A DNA stretch of 64,000 bases from Camelus ferus (GCF_009834535.1 NC_045696.1:4838001-4902000); one strand, 5' to 3'; positions 24,165 to 38,098 are shown, numbered from the stretch's first letter. Translations and numbers: made by a program. Notes: generated by a model not told the origin, from the sequence alone.

Positions 24165-24763
24165 TGTTGTCAGCAGCTAGTTTCTTGTCTCATCGTAGAA
24201 AGAATTCAGAGATGGGATGTGGAGGTTAAGAAAGTAAAGTGCAGATTTATTAAGGGATGGACAGTACACTCTCAAAGGGAGAGTGGGCAGGCTCAGGTGA
24301 GCAGCTGAGCTGAGTTTCTTTGGCAAGTTGGTTACACAGAGTGTAAAAATGAATGGGCAGAATATTCATTGGGGAAGGAGAGGTTTGGGATCATATTCCC
24401 TGATTTTCATCCCAGCTCCACCTTCCTGAAGGAAGGAGGGATTTTTGTCCTTATTTAGTCCAGATGGAAGTGTCATGGCATCAGTGCATGATGGGTACTT
24501 CTAATCTGCAAAGCTAATTTTATTGAAATGAGGGCATAATGAGCAGAAGGTTACATTTGGACACTGGAGAGTCCTGCCTTTTCTCACCTTTCTTTGCCTG
24601 CCTTCAGGACAGTCGTCACCCCAAAATTTGTGATTTCTTGTCAGTTCGGAAGTTCCTGGTTCTCTTTTTCTTCCCAACAGCCATTGTTTATATGATGTAT
24701 GGTTTCCTGCCATTTGGCATCCCCTGTTCTCTTTTCATATCTAGCTACCTGCCTGCGCTGACA
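24165..24763 (-). mobile_element. Solo LTR of an endogenous retrovirus, probably ERV1 class (599 bp)
   Basis: TGTT...GACA termini; 4-bp flanks gtag/gtac; minus-strand AATAAA ~85 bp from the left end (24246-24251); MER4/LTR8-like aaagaattc...tttatt...gtacactc...gagagtgggcaggctc layout. Confidence 0.75.
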
Positions 24764-25858
24764 GTACCATCTCACTCTTTACCTGAATGTGAATGCCACA
24801 CTGCATGCTTTATGGAAATAAAATATAAACATTTTGCTCTATACCAATAGCCAGATAATATATTTCATACTTTGTGTAATATTAATAGGTTGTTAGAATA
24901 ACATTGAAACTCATTTTAATATAAAAATGTTTACATGGTAAAGCAAGAATTGCATGTAATATCACTATTTAATTTCGAAACTCCACTAAAATATCTTAAA
25001 CTTTTTCATGTCCGAAACCAGCTTGTGTAAGGTAACAGTTGTTCAGAAATCTGTTTTGAATATTGAATTTCTGTTTCACAAGTTAGATTGATGATTTGTA
25101 GGGTATTTTCCGGGATAACTCTTTCTTGGTATATATATTTAGTGCTCTGTATCTGCATTGCTTATGCATTTTCTTCATATTTTAATTATCTTGATTCTGT
25201 GTAGGTAGGCAAAAAGTAAATTTCATGTTGAAGTTCATCTGGTTGAGGTGCCTATCGGTACCTGAGCTTTAGGAGGTAGTGAAATTGGTATCTTTAAGCA
25301 GGGTCCTGGTTAAAGATATTGAGGGTGACTATTGTGACTATTGAGGGTCCTGGCAGTCATAGCTGGTATCCACAGTGACTAATAATTCCTTCTTAAGTAT
25401 TGCATTTGTATTGACTGTCCACATAGTGTCTGGTATGCACACATCTTGTAGCTATCGTCAGATTCTAACCATCGTGATCTGATTTATTTGTGCACTCCAG
25501 TGCAGTCCAGCACGTGTTCTCCTGGAAACAGTTGTGGCTAAATTACTATCATTATTGTGGTTTAACTACATTGATGTTTGATGCAGTTGAGAGTGATTTC
25601 AACTTAATTTATTCTGACAACTATATATACCTGGTACAGACTTAATATGAGACAAGCCATGCACCATACACTTGCACGTGATTCTTAAGAATACAACACA
25701 TGGATGTGGAACCAACAGACACTCAGTTGTCGCATGTATTTGATATGGAAATTCCCTCGGTACCCTATGTCTGTTACCTTTTATAGGCCATTAAAGCAGC
25801 CCCTTAATCTTTTATGAAGATTGATATTTCTTTCAAAGAGAAGGGATGATAGTAGAAA

Positions 25859-25874
25859 CCACCAGGGGGTGCTA
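25859..25874 (+). promoter_or_regulatory. CTCF motif (forward orientation)
   Basis: CCACCAGGGGGTGCTA; 15/16 to consensus CCACCAGGGGGCGCTA, the mismatch being CpG-to-TpG. Confidence 0.55.
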
Positions 25875-27844
25875 GACTATGACAGGTAAGCACGCTTCTT
25901 TCATTAAAAGTCCATCTGCTTTCTTTTACAAATCCTGGAGCCTGGCCTTCTCTTATATTAAGGTCCTTTGGAGTCTGAACGATTTCTTAGCCATTCAGTG
26001 GAGACTCAAGTTCCAGCTGGGCAGAATCTTTGGATGATGAGGCTGAATGACCAAGATGACTTGCTAAACATATCAGAAATCTTTCATCTTCCTGCGCCCT
26101 CCCCACTGCAGTGTACAGTAGGAAAACTGCAGGATTATTTATAGCTCTGTACTTGAGGAACAAGACATAGAAACTTTAATGTATCCTGGACTTGCTCAGC
26201 TCAGCCTACTGGCCAGGACACCAACCAATGGGACAAAATTTCTGGCAGGAAGGCAGGTGAGCCACAAGAGATTCATACATTTACAGAACACGATTTAAAT
26301 CCTAAGATGCAAAGACAGAAATTTCCATGTGAATTCTATATAAATTAGCAGCTTCCTAAACATTTCCTTTCAGGGCTGAAATGATGTCTGCAATTAAAAA
26401 ACAGCAACAACAACAAAATACACCTTCAATAAAGTCTCAATGTGCTTTATAAAAGCCATGTATAACAGGAACTGGTGAGCCCTGCCGCCTTAGATAAACT
26501 TAATGCACGTGAAAGACAAAATCTCAAAAATTTGCAAACCAAGTTCATTTCTGAATTAAAACCTAGGTAAAAATGTTGGCAGTTAGTCAAATGTTTTGGA
26601 AGTCATTGTCCATGAAAGCTACATGGAATCTTAAGCTCAAACTTTATTCCTATAAATATTTATTTTCCAAAGCCATTAAACTTGCATTTATGAGTCAATA
26701 ACATTTAGTGTGTTACCAGAAGTAAAATGCCAAGTATCATCATGTAGTTGTGAATGAATGAGTGAGATTCTGGCCAGAATTTGAAGCAGGCAATGGCATA
26801 TCATAGACTGTTTCCAAGGGCTAGTCTGGGCCCAGGACATTCAGAAGATTCAGGCTCCTCAGGAAACAGAGCCTGACTGGTTCTGCTGGTGTTCCCAGTA
26901 TTCAAGCCAAGGAGGAATCCTCACACTTTAGTTCATGTTATGTTTTTTACTTTGGTTTTGTTTACAAAAGTGCTATAGTTCCATGATGTGCCACTCAAAA
27001 AGATCCCCAAAAGAATATCAGAGTTAACTTGTTAACTGATTCCTGTAGAACATTATAGAACTTCCCAGGACTTATTAACATCTGTGTTAATATATATTAA
27101 CCATTTTGTTGTGTCATTAACTGCTTTTTTGGCTTGTTATTTCTGTATAATGCAGTCAGAACTTATTTAAAAGGAACAAACAAACAAAATCAAACAATGT
27201 ATTTGATTTTATTTCTGCCTTTAAGGAATGCTTCTAGTTGCTTTAGATACTGTAGATGTAGCCATCTTGTTTTAAACTATAATGATTTAGAATTAATAAA
27301 AATAGACTAAAATCAAATATGTAATTGTGAGAATTCCTACCAAGAAAGGTAAATGTAATCTTTATTAAGAATTTTTAAATCTTTTATTTTTTTCTAATTA
27401 AGGAGCTTTAATCAAGGTTAGGTAGGAAGGAAGCTAGGTTAGAGTTTAGCTCCTCTGATTATTTTAACTCCAAGGCTTTGATGTCTTTGTGCCTTCAACA
27501 AAAACTACGAACAGATAAATACAGGTGTAAGCTTATGTGATACAGTAAAACTGTCTTTAAAAAATCTGTTCAATTACTATTTAGAATATAGCATTGAGGA
27601 ATACATCACTGATGACTTGTGAAACACTTGTTTTGCCCATACCTGAAAGTCTGTCAGGGGAAACTTCATTTTGATTACTGAAGAGTCAGTGTGATGACTC
27701 CATGTGTTTTCTTTTCCATCTTTGATTTCTGAGAGTATGAGAATACAAATTAGTATCATGAGCATATACCTAGCATTGTGGTATGCAAAATTTTTATACA
27801 TAGGGCAATATTTCAGAAAGGTAATTATGTATATAGAGAGATAC

Positions 27845-28357
27845 TGAGGAAGCAGAATAATATCCTCCCAAAGATGCCCACATTCCAATCCCCAAAACCT
27901 GTGAATATGGTGCATTACTTGGCAAAAGGGAATTGAAGTTACAGATACAATTACGTGACCTTGAGAGGGGGAGATTATCTTAGATGGTCCAGATGGGCGC
28001 ATTTAATCACACAAGCCCTTAGAAGCAGAAAGCCTTTCCTGGGTGTGGTCAGAGGGAGGTGTGACCACAGAAGATTTGTCAGAGAAGCAATGGTACTGGA
28101 CTTGAAGATGAAAAAAGGCCACATGCTATAAAGTTCAGGGGGCCTCTGAAAGCTAAAAAGGGCAAAAAAAAAAAACCCAAAAAACCCAAAACCCTACATA
28201 TTTTTCCTTCAGGGGCTTCAGAATGAACGCAGCCCTCCTTGCCTTCATGAGACTCATGTCCAGCTCCTGACGTCCGCAAGTGTAAGATGATGACCCTGTG
28301 CTGCCGCGGGCACGACCTTGTGGTCCAGTGTCAGCGGAGCCCCAGGAAACCCACGCA
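27845..28357 (+). mobile_element. MaLR solo LTR (MLT1D-like)
   Basis: gcagaataat..cccaaagatgcccac..acctgtgaatatg..ggcaaaaggga..ggagattatc; ends aggaaacccacgca. Confidence 0.85.
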
Positions 28358-30689
28358 GACGGGAGCATAACGTAGTGTTCTCTCCCTCAGCGCAGAGACA
28401 GAGCTGTAAGCACCGTGTTTCAGAGTCGTTGGTGGAAGTGCAGCCCCTCCAAACAGGAGAAACAGGCTTTATGTTTGAAGAGTAAACACACATGGTTGAT
28501 TTCCACGTTGATAGAACCAAGGAACTTGGCCTTCATACTGTATTTTCCTTGGGATTTGCAAGAAATGTTTAATTTTCTTAGGCCAATATCCCAGCAGCCA
28601 TAGGGACAAAAGTCTGTGTGATCAAAAATCCTCTTTGGTGAAGCAGATGGAGTTTTAAGAGTAAAACCATCTCATAAAAATACAGTTTTGACTGTTTTTT
28701 TTTTTCCTCAAAATTTCCAAGTAGGTTTGAGGTTGGTTGATACAAGCATCACACAGCTGATTACTAACTAAGCAGCTTTGCTTTGTGGTGTATCTTTATG
28801 TGAGAATAGACCTTTTCACAAAGAAGTTGTCTAATTTAGGAGAAAGAAATTGTCAGTTAACACCAACAGAAATGGGGTGTTCTTTCAAAGAGGACTATTG
28901 CTGCTGAAGGTACAAGGTCTCGCTTTCAGGGTATCGGCACTGGAATGAGATATGTTATATGATGAACCTGTTTTTATTAATTAGAAAAACAAAGAGAAGG
29001 AAATTTGCCATGGCCTTTGGGATGAACCTGTGGGGAACCAATCCTCCCATTTAGTTGTTCTGGAATGTCTAAGATGCTTTGTCTCAGCTTGAGCAATATT
29101 TCTCTAATCCTGAGTTGCTTCTTATTCACTTCAGCCCTAGAGGGAGGTGGTTCATTATTTTTAAGCCATAAAGTGTATGAAACAGTATTGGTCCCCAGTA
29201 AATAAAGAATAAGTGTTTCAACTTGTCTATTGAAAATACCATAAATATGTTTTAAATTACTTTTGGTTTCTACTTACCCTAGATCTTCTAGAGCCAAAAG
29301 TGGAAAAATAGGGATTTTAGAAGGAAATTGTGGGTCTTCGATTTGGCGTTGTTAGTACAGGGGTCTCCCACGTCTTACACAGTAAGCCCCCACCAGGTGT
29401 GAAAACCTCAGTCATTGAAGGGGTGGGGCTTCATTTACCCACGTGTCCACCCTTAACCAGATGAGTAGTTCCTCCTCCATCCCAAGGAAGAGTGGACTGT
29501 AAAGGACCACCAAGGATGCTTGGAATGGGACCCCGCCACCATTCTGCCCCTCTCCTGCTGAGCAGGAAGAAGTCAGCATAACACAGGAGCACAGGAGGTG
29601 ACAGAAAGAGAGGACACTCCTGACAGGCAGGCTGTCCACATGATAAAGGAGGAAACACGGGGTCCACAGTAACCCTCAGTCCTTTCTGTTTGTTTACGTG
29701 AGGCATGCCCTTGATGCATTTAGAGCTGGCATTGTCATTGTCATTATCACTCTGAAGGTTGTGGGGATTCATATTTTTATTCCTAAATACAATTTCCAAT
29801 GTAAGACTTTAGGTTTCTTAGAAAACGTACAGTTGCTCTGTCTCATGTTGGGACCAAGCATTATTCCTTTTGTGGTAGCGAGTAGAATGAGTTCTTTTGG
29901 GGGAAAAGCTAGATCCTTGAGTTGTTGAGGATTCTTAAATGAGATTCACTTTGTGACTTGGTCAGAATCTGTTCTGGCCATTGTAAACCATAAGCTGAAT
30001 GCATTTGCTTTTTTGTTGCCAGTTTTACTATTTCTCAGCAGTAGCACTGACAGGGAATGGCTCCTTCTTAATAAAATTGATTAGCTGCTATATTGCCAAG
30101 GAGGCCCAGTGAGCTTAACAGAAGATCAGCTGGGGGATACTGGGTTGTGTGTGATCACCAGTGAATCGCTATGTGTGGTTAGGGTTTCCATGATAACTTT
30201 GGAGATTGGCCAGCCCTGGTGCCCTTAGGAATGAACCCTCTTTGTTAGATCCCACGATATGGCCTTAGCGGAGTCCGGTGTTTCCTTGACTGACAGCACA
30301 GTCAAGCGGAAAGGTATGCATGCCATTTTAGTGTGAGCTGATTGTCAACTTTGCATTATCCTCTGAAATGACTTAATTGCTATAAACCAATGACTTGGCC
30401 CATCCTTTCTATGACTAAGTAGACCCACACAATGCACAGAAGTCCCACTATCCTTTATCACCATCTCAAAGATGCCCTAGTGAAAAGGAAGAAGTGGGAG
30501 AAATTGCCTTCAATAAGGTCTGCAAGAGGACAGGTGTTCCCAGAGTAAGTGGTAGCAGTTGTCTGGGCAGAAGGGAGACTTCCCACAACTGTTGTGGATG
30601 TTCCATTCTCTACATTTGGTCTGACTTCTTGGCACAGTCTTTAGGTCAATCTGTTATTCATTTCTCCTTAATCAGGAGCAGACTGTACT

Positions 30690-31120
30690 GGATGCCTCTT
30701 CTGTTTAAGGATAAACCAGGATTCCTAACAGAATCCACCAGCCTCACTGATCTGGCCCTGGCTATGTCTGTAGCCTCCTTTCCCAGCACCCAACATCTAG
30801 TTCTGCCAGTTCCAGCCACACTCACTACTTTCAGGTCCCCGAATCACCACCTTTTCCTTGACTCAGAGTCTTCACAAATGTGGCTCCAGCTCCCTATCCG
30901 TCCAGCCAACTCTTGCATTCAGCCTTTAGGTCTCAAAGAGAAAGACCTCTACTTGCCCGAGCCCATCATTTTCTCCTCGCCAGCATTGTGAGCTTTAATT
31001 ATGCAACAATTTATTTGCATGCGCATTTACATTATATTCTGACTCCCTGATTAGGTGCTAAGCTCCATGGGGGCAGACTCCTGTCTATTCTGTTTGCCAA
31101 GAGCCCAGAATGTGCCTAAA
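30690..31120 (+). mobile_element. L2 LINE 3' fragment
   Basis: tgatctggccctgg, tccagccacact, taagctccatgggggcagac..tgtct, gcccagaatgtgcct. Confidence 0.7.
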
Positions 31121-32537
31121 GGGATTTGATTTGCCCTGTATCCCACTCCCCCTGGTCCCTCAATGCCAGCTCCAGCCTGCCAGGCTTGGCCTGCCCAGTT
31201 GTTGATTTCTCCTATCTCACTGACCCAGGACCATCACACACACAGAGGAGGACATGCTAAGATGTTCTCTTGGGCAAAGTCAGCTTCATGTGACTTTCCA
31301 GTAAATTAATGTGATCTTAACATTATATGATACACAGGGTTTCTATAGAGATAAAAGGCAAATCCTAATGGAGAGTCAGAGAGATATGTATAAAATGGAT
31401 TAGAGGCTAACATGGAATCCTGAACTGATGAGATCATTGGGTGAACCTTTTGGGGGTCAGCACACCTGGGTTGGTCAAATCAAGGGACCTGGTCTAAGGG
31501 AGCAATGGACTATGTAGCTTTGGTTTATACACAGGTCAGAAGAGATCCCACAAAGCATTTTATGGGTTGGGGCACCATGTGCAGAGTAAAACTTTGGCTG
31601 CACTCAGTATGTTTTTTAAGAGAAACAGTACTTATTGGGGGGAGCTCATGGAGGAGATCTTTAAAGGTCCTGAACTGTAAGCTTCAGCCCTACGGAGAGT
31701 AATGAAATGATCAAATGAAGTCTGCAGGAGATGGGAAGATGTTCAAGGACTGTGTTTTCAAAGCAATGGAGAGAGAAATGATCACAGTGTTGAATAATAT
31801 CACCACCACAATGCTTAACAAAAGAAAAATCTGCTTGTGTTGGATTTTTACTGACTTCTAGACGTTTTGACTCAGGCCTCAGATGTGTTAAGAACTCTCC
31901 CTCTCCTCTAAAACCCACTTAGGATGGAGTGGGATGAGGTAACCTCAAGACCCCATGGGACTGTGAGATTCTGTGATTCTAAGAATTAAATGTGAGATTT
32001 GGAAAGTGGTTTGGGATAACAAAATAAACAAATAAAAACAAAATCTATTTCACTTAAGTCACCAATCTTGGAACAGACCTATCTTTGTGTTATCCGAGAG
32101 TGAACTGAGCCATGTCACAGCCCAGAGGCCAGCACGCAGTGAGGGCTTGTGAGGTTACCAAGTAGAAATCATAGCAAACTCTGAGGACAACTGAAGATCG
32201 ATGATGGAAAAGCACTAGGGAGGGAGGGATGGAAGGAGGGAGGAGAGTGGGTCAGAGAGTGAAGAGCGTGTAAATCAGGGAGGTGGACAGTATAATCTGG
32301 GGCTCATAACAAAGATCCATGCTAACCAGAATCTGCCATTGTTCTGTCAGCAAAGGCGCCAGGAATCAGGAGACCCAAATCCTACTCTCCTCATCTGTAC
32401 TTCGGAGTAGGTTACTGATTTTGAGCTTCAGTATTCTCACCTACCAAATGAGAGGATCAGGTCCAGATGATCACTTCAGTTCCTGTTCAGTCTTTAACAT
32501 ATGATACTATAACTCAGTATTTTAAAAATAAGGTTGT

Positions 32538-32950
32538 GTATTGGTCAGCTATGTTTGCAATAATGCAGTATAACAAATAATCCCTAAATCTAAAAATTTC
32601 TCTCTCTTGGTTTTGAGTTTCCTGGCTAGCTGGGAATTGGCTGACCTCAGCTAGATTGGGCTGGACTGGGCTTGTTACTAAGTATCAGATTAGGCCAGGT
32701 GGGTTCCACTGATTTTCCTTCTCCTTGGACCAGCAGGTATATGGGGTTTTCTGTACTTAGGGCAGATCACAGCTGCATCAGAATCATGTCAAGCCATGTG
32801 AGCACATTTAAAACCTCTGGTCCAGACACTTTGCTAGCATGATCTTGACTGTAAGTCACTTGTTCAAGTCTAACATTAGAGGCACTGAAAAATTTGTACT
32901 TTCTTAAATGCAGGACTGGTGAAGGGAGAGACCAATGATGGATTGACTAT
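32538..32950 (-). mobile_element. Old MaLR LTR (MLT1J/K-like)
   Basis: tgtattggtcagctat..ataacaaataatccctaaatct; ggctgacctcagctagattgggctgg; cacatttaaaacctctg. Confidence 0.65.
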
Positions 32951-34329
32951 AGTCTGGTATCCTGAGTCTCACAGATTAATTATTGATCCTTCCACAAGCA
33001 TGTTTTAGCATATTTTAAAGTTGAGAAAGGGAAGAGTAGCTTCTGTTGATTTTGCCAAAAGTAAGAGAGAAAAAAAAAAAAAAAAGAAAAAGCAGTAGTT
33101 TTTCTTTAGTCCTGTGCATTGTTTATCCTAATGAAATCTTCAGTCAGCACAAATTCAAGGTATTTAAGTATTCTTCCTCCACCCACTTCTGAATTCTCCA
33201 TGAAAATATCAAGTTAACAGCCAAAAAGCTTAACACAAATGCCTGTTTGTCAACTTTGTGGAGTGAATAGGAATATAAGCATGAGGTAGAGGCATTGTAA
33301 ATCTGGTAGAGTAATTAAAACACTAGAGTATTTCATGCTGCTGTCACCTGTCATCACGTCAGTAGTAGGACTGATGTAAAGCTGGAGGAAATAGCACCCA
33401 TCTTCTGTCTGCTAGTATTTATTATTAGGACATTGCCTTTCCCTGTTCTTGGTTTTGCCAGTGGAATTATGTTGGCCCAAATGAAAAGTCATAGATGGCT
33501 AATGTGATTCTACTTTTTAAAAATAGCGATGAACTCCATTTGGACATTCAGGTGATGACATCAACCTGGGTTTTATTGTGATAATGTAGCAACCTAGGGA
33601 TGTGATGAGCAGTGGAACCCTGGGCAGCTGGCATCCCCAGCGGGACACAGGTGCAAACACAGACCACCAGGAAGGGGACCCCTTAATCCACCTACAGTCC
33701 CTACCCTCTCACTCACAATGAGGCCATATGAGCATTCTCTTTAATTAGGAGATGTTACAGTATTGCCACATAATGAAATATTGCCAAAATAAAGGATTTT
33801 CAACAGCTTTTTACTGATCCTCCATTACAGTATAAATCCATAGACCACTCAAGGAACATTATGTGGATTTATGCCCATAGCAATACAAATGTTAATTAAA
33901 ACCTTGTTCAAAATTTTTTTATTTTGGAATGAGTTAGCGTTTTATAGTGGTATAAGAAGTTGATTAAGCGAAGTACATAAATTAGCCAGTACTTAGAAGA
34001 TGCACACGATCTCCCTGCCACTCACATAGATTTCTTTCACCAACATCACCAAGCAACCTACAGATGTGTGAGCAGACATAAAGAAATGACTAGGGAAACT
34101 GTAGTGCTGATTTATGCATCTTGGCATTTCACCATCTACTAATTTACACAAATACGAATTATACTCCATCTGCTATTTTTTGTACTTTTGTTCCATGCAC
34201 ACACACACGAACTGGTAGAAAAAGTAGGTGTTCATAGATGTATTGTGTAGTTTCCTCCATCAGAGAGTATGTATGCCAGGGGGAGTCTAGACGGTAATCA
34301 AAAATTAAGTAACTCAGGGATTTTAAATT

Positions 34330-34670
34330 ACATTTTATTCATTTTAAAATATTTAATACATAAGTTGTACATGCCCATTTTTAAAAAACTAGGAGATATA
34401 GATTAGTAAAGTAAAAAATAAAATAAAATAAAATCACTCTAATGCCACCAAGCCTAGGTGGAGACTGTGACTATTTCAGTCTCTACATCCAGACTTGTTT
34501 TTTCACATTTGCATGTAAGTGCATATAAAAGTTCTATACACGGACATTTTACATATATATTTTTAAAGGAGTCACACAGTATCTGATGTTTTCTCATGCA
34601 CTGTTTTACTCAGCAATATGTTATGAATCATTTTCTCTGTTAATAAATATATTCGTATAGCAATTCACTC
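34330..34670 (-). mobile_element. L1ME 3' end
   Basis: aaaatcactctaatgccacc..; ttttactcagcaatatgttatgaatcattttc. Confidence 0.55.
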
Positions 34671-34719
34671 TTTCTGCAGAAATAGTTTTGGTCCCTTTCA
34701 ATGAGTCCTCCCTTTGGTA

Positions 34720-35240
34720 GGTGAGATTATTCAGCTGTGTTCATAACCTGTATCCTCTGGACCTACAGTCTAGAGAAGAAAATAATCGTTGATAAGGAAC
34801 CAGATATATAAGTCTGTAATTCCAAATTGTGATACATGTTATGCAAGCAAAATAGAGTGCAGTGAAAGGAAGTGTTATGGGTTGTTACAGAAGCAAAGTA
34901 GCCAGGGTGCCAGGACAGAGACCTACGGCAGGTGAGAGTGTGCAGAGCAGAACTGGGAGGCAGGTTGCCAGAGAACTCAGGAATAATTCAATGAGAAGGG
35001 AACCCTGCGTGTGCAAGACCCTGAAGCAGGAGAGGGGTTGGTGAGTAAGAAAGAGAAGATGTGGGGGTGAACACGGTGAGCCAAAGACTGAGGCTTTCTT
35101 TACAGGGAAGGGCGAGGAGTTTAAATTTTATCCTAAAATCATTTCATATCTTTAGTGCAAGGGAGGGGCATGATCCGTGTTTCAGAACAGGAAGTTAATT
35201 GATGGCTTTGTGGGAGGAAGTCTAGGGGAGATGGTGGGTG
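34720..35240 (-). mobile_element. L2 fragment
   Basis: ggacctacagtctag, tgcaagaccctgaagcagga, ggagtttaaattttatcctaa, gcatgatccgtgttt. Confidence 0.6.
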
Positions 35241-35869
35241 GAAGAATCCGCTGTGAAGCACGTTGTGTTGTAAATGGCTTCATAAATTTACAAATATATG
35301 TCTGACATTACTTAACCCTTCTCCACATTGTGGGCTATTTCTTTATTACCAAAATGAGCTGGAAAAAAAAAAAAAAGATGACAGGTTTCTATAGCTCGGA
35401 TAATTAAGTCACGACTGATAACCCGGCGGTTAAGAGTCACAGGATAACTCCTGTGCACTCAGGGCTCTAACCCAGCTCAGCCCCCGGGTAGGGATGGGTG
35501 CTGACCACAGGAAAGACTGTTCCTTTCAGAGGAACAGTTCCACAGCTGGGGCTCTGCCTTCCTGGGTCAGGCTCTCAGGGAAGATGGCCTCAGGGTTGCC
35601 TCCTCCTAGGAACCCTGGGGTCAGGGTCTAGACTGGGTCTGCCATGGACTCAGACAGACTTTCCGTTTCCTCTGTATTTGGGTGGGGCCTCCCCTGGGTC
35701 TACCATTTCTTGCCCTCAGAATGGCAGGAACATACATCCAGTGAAACAGCCCGGTGTTGGGGGAGGACTGAGGATGCTCCCCAGCCCGCTAACACTCTAG
35801 GCCCCAGACCCCGCTCTGAAGAGTTTCTTCAAGGCTCCAGATGGCCCAGTCTAGGGACATCAACGATAG

Positions 35870-36080
35870 CTATTAATAATAGGCATAGCTAACACATGTG
35901 CCAAGTGTTGTTCAAGACATAATTCACACATCAACTCATTCAGTCTCCTTTACAATTTTATGTGGCAGTTTCTGTTTTATAAGGTGGCCCTGAGGCTCAG
36001 AGAGGTTAAGTAAGTTGCTCAGTGTCACACAGCCAGGACTTAATCCTACACCTTTTGGATTCTAGAGCCTTTAAGATTTG
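35870..36080 (-). mobile_element. MIR SINE
   Basis: ctgaggctcagagaggttaagtaagttgctcagtgtcacacagc. Confidence 0.8.
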
Positions 36081-37009
36081 CTATTAACCCTTTCTTTGAA
36101 TGCCTCTCTCCATGGGTGAGAACTATCATTGAATTGAACAATGAGTCAGTTTCCAAGGATTGGGATTTTGCATGCCAGTTTCATGATGGCCACTCATGTT
36201 ATTAATGTGACAGTTATATGTCCCAACAACTTACATTTTCAGAAAATTTCCACCCTGTGGCCCAAGTAGCCTTATAGTAAAAAAAAGCTTTTCTCCATAT
36301 TTAATATGGTTTACCTTGAACAAGGCATCAGCTTTATTAACACTCACCTCACCTGGCTTTCCTAGGTTTGAGCTTTTCAATGAAGTGGCCTTTGCTGGGG
36401 ACTCTTGTGATGGTAGGGAGCAAGTGTATATATCAAAAGCCGGAGCTGGGCGAGGGCCCTCCTGGACCCCTGCTTTGAAAAGGGCTGGAGTCCTTACTGA
36501 TACCGGCGTCTGGGACCAAGCTCCTCTTATGTCCCACTACCAGCTCATCAGAGAAGACTTTGAAGGGTTCAGAGATAAGAGCCCTTCTCTAAAGACTCAG
36601 CTGCAATGGAAAGCTAATTGTTGAGAACAGTGTGATCCTGTCTGATTCCTGCATTGAGACAGGGTCCAGACAAAATGCTGTATTTGAGGATGGCTCAGTG
36701 GCTGTGCTGTGTGCAGGGGACTCAGCACTCAGCGAGCATCGGTCTGAGGTTCCAAACACATGCACACTAAGGACTCAGCACTGAATTCTTTCTGTCCAAA
36801 CCCCAGAAGTGATGCTGGTCCTGCCCTCATCCAGACAGCTTTCACTTAAGGTGTCCTACTTCTAATCCGACCTTTCTAACTTGATGCTAGTCCATCTGTA
36901 GAATTAACTGAACAGTCGGATCCAGGCCTCGTCTGGGCTGGAAACGTTTTCTCACAGGGATCAGAACTTAGGAGACTAAGTTTCGCCCGTGTATGTGTTG
37001 GTGAAGCTA

Positions 37010-37230
37010 ATAGTAACTAAGTGTTGGAGCACTTACTTGAAGTCTGCAGACACTGTCACCGATGCTTTAACATCTAGTTTCTCACTTAATTTGCACAATA
37101 TCTCCGTGATGCAGGAGGTACTATTAATGTCTTCATTTTAGAAATGACTAAATTGAGGCCTAGAGAGGTTAAGCCTGAATACACACAGCAAATGCATGGT
37201 AAACAGGGATGTAGCTAGTCCACATGGCAA
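37010..37230 (-). mobile_element. MIR SINE
   Basis: cattttagaaatgactaaattgaggcctagagaggttaag. Confidence 0.75.
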
Positions 37231-37747
37231 CTCTGTGAAAGAGAAAAAGATCTTCCAGTTAAAGAGTTATCAGAATATACTGATTTTATTAGAACATACT
37301 ATTCTATTGCCACCCTCTGGAAAAAAAAGTCATAAAAATATATGAATTAAGGTGTCAGTATCTGCAAAGTGCAGAGGCCAGTAAAGCCATGAAGACTAAC
37401 TCCACCGACCCTGCACTTTGCACCTACGTTTAGTGCCTCATGGGAGAGTGAAGCTCTGCTTAATATCAAAAGGTGCCAGAAGACACACTGATTCTTAAGT
37501 GCAAAATTATGTCATCTCAGTCAGCCCCTGTTCCTTATGCTCTTGGCACCAAACAAAGGCCGAATGAATGTCTTCCTCAGGGCGACAGGAAAGCTGTCAC
37601 CTAGATACAGTGCTCGTGAGTTCCCGTAACCAGCAACGATATGTCCCGTAACTAAATGGGACTTCTGACATTGAGGCTGGCCAAGACCATGCTGTAAGTG
37701 CAGGCTTCACTTGGTGCCATGTTGTGTGAGGCTTCTGAGAACATATA

Positions 37748-38098
37748 CAGTCATCCCGCAGTATCCAAGGGCAATTGGTTTCGGGACCCTATGCCAGTAC
37801 CAAGATCTACAGATGCTCAAGCCCCTTATGTAAAGCGGTGCAGTATTTGCATAGAACCTACATGCATCCTCCCTCCCTTATGCTGTAAATCATCTCTAGA
37901 TTATTTATAAAACCTAGTACAAGTTAAATGCTTTGCAAATAGTTGTAAAGACAATGTAAAATGCTATGTAAATAGTTGCCTGCACATGGAAAATTCAAGT
38001 TTTGCCTTTTGGAACTTTCTGGATTTTTAAAAAATATTTTCAAGTCACAGTTGGTTGAATCCACAGATGCAAAACCTGTGAATACAGAGGGCTGGCTG
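37748..38098. mobile_element. MER2/MER2B-like Tigger (Tc1/mariner) MITE
   Basis: TA|cagtcatcccgcagtatcc ... gaatacagagggctggctg TIR-like ends; duplicated aaatgct..aaatagttg internal motif. Confidence 0.85.

Noticed and set aside
25787..25885. 99-nt exon candidate (ttttatag...CAG|GTAAGC)
   Set aside because: Stops in all three frames; a non-coding exon cannot be supported from sequence alone
26767..26780. 14-bp perfect palindrome attctggccagaat
   Set aside because: A few palindromes of this length are expected by chance in 64 kb
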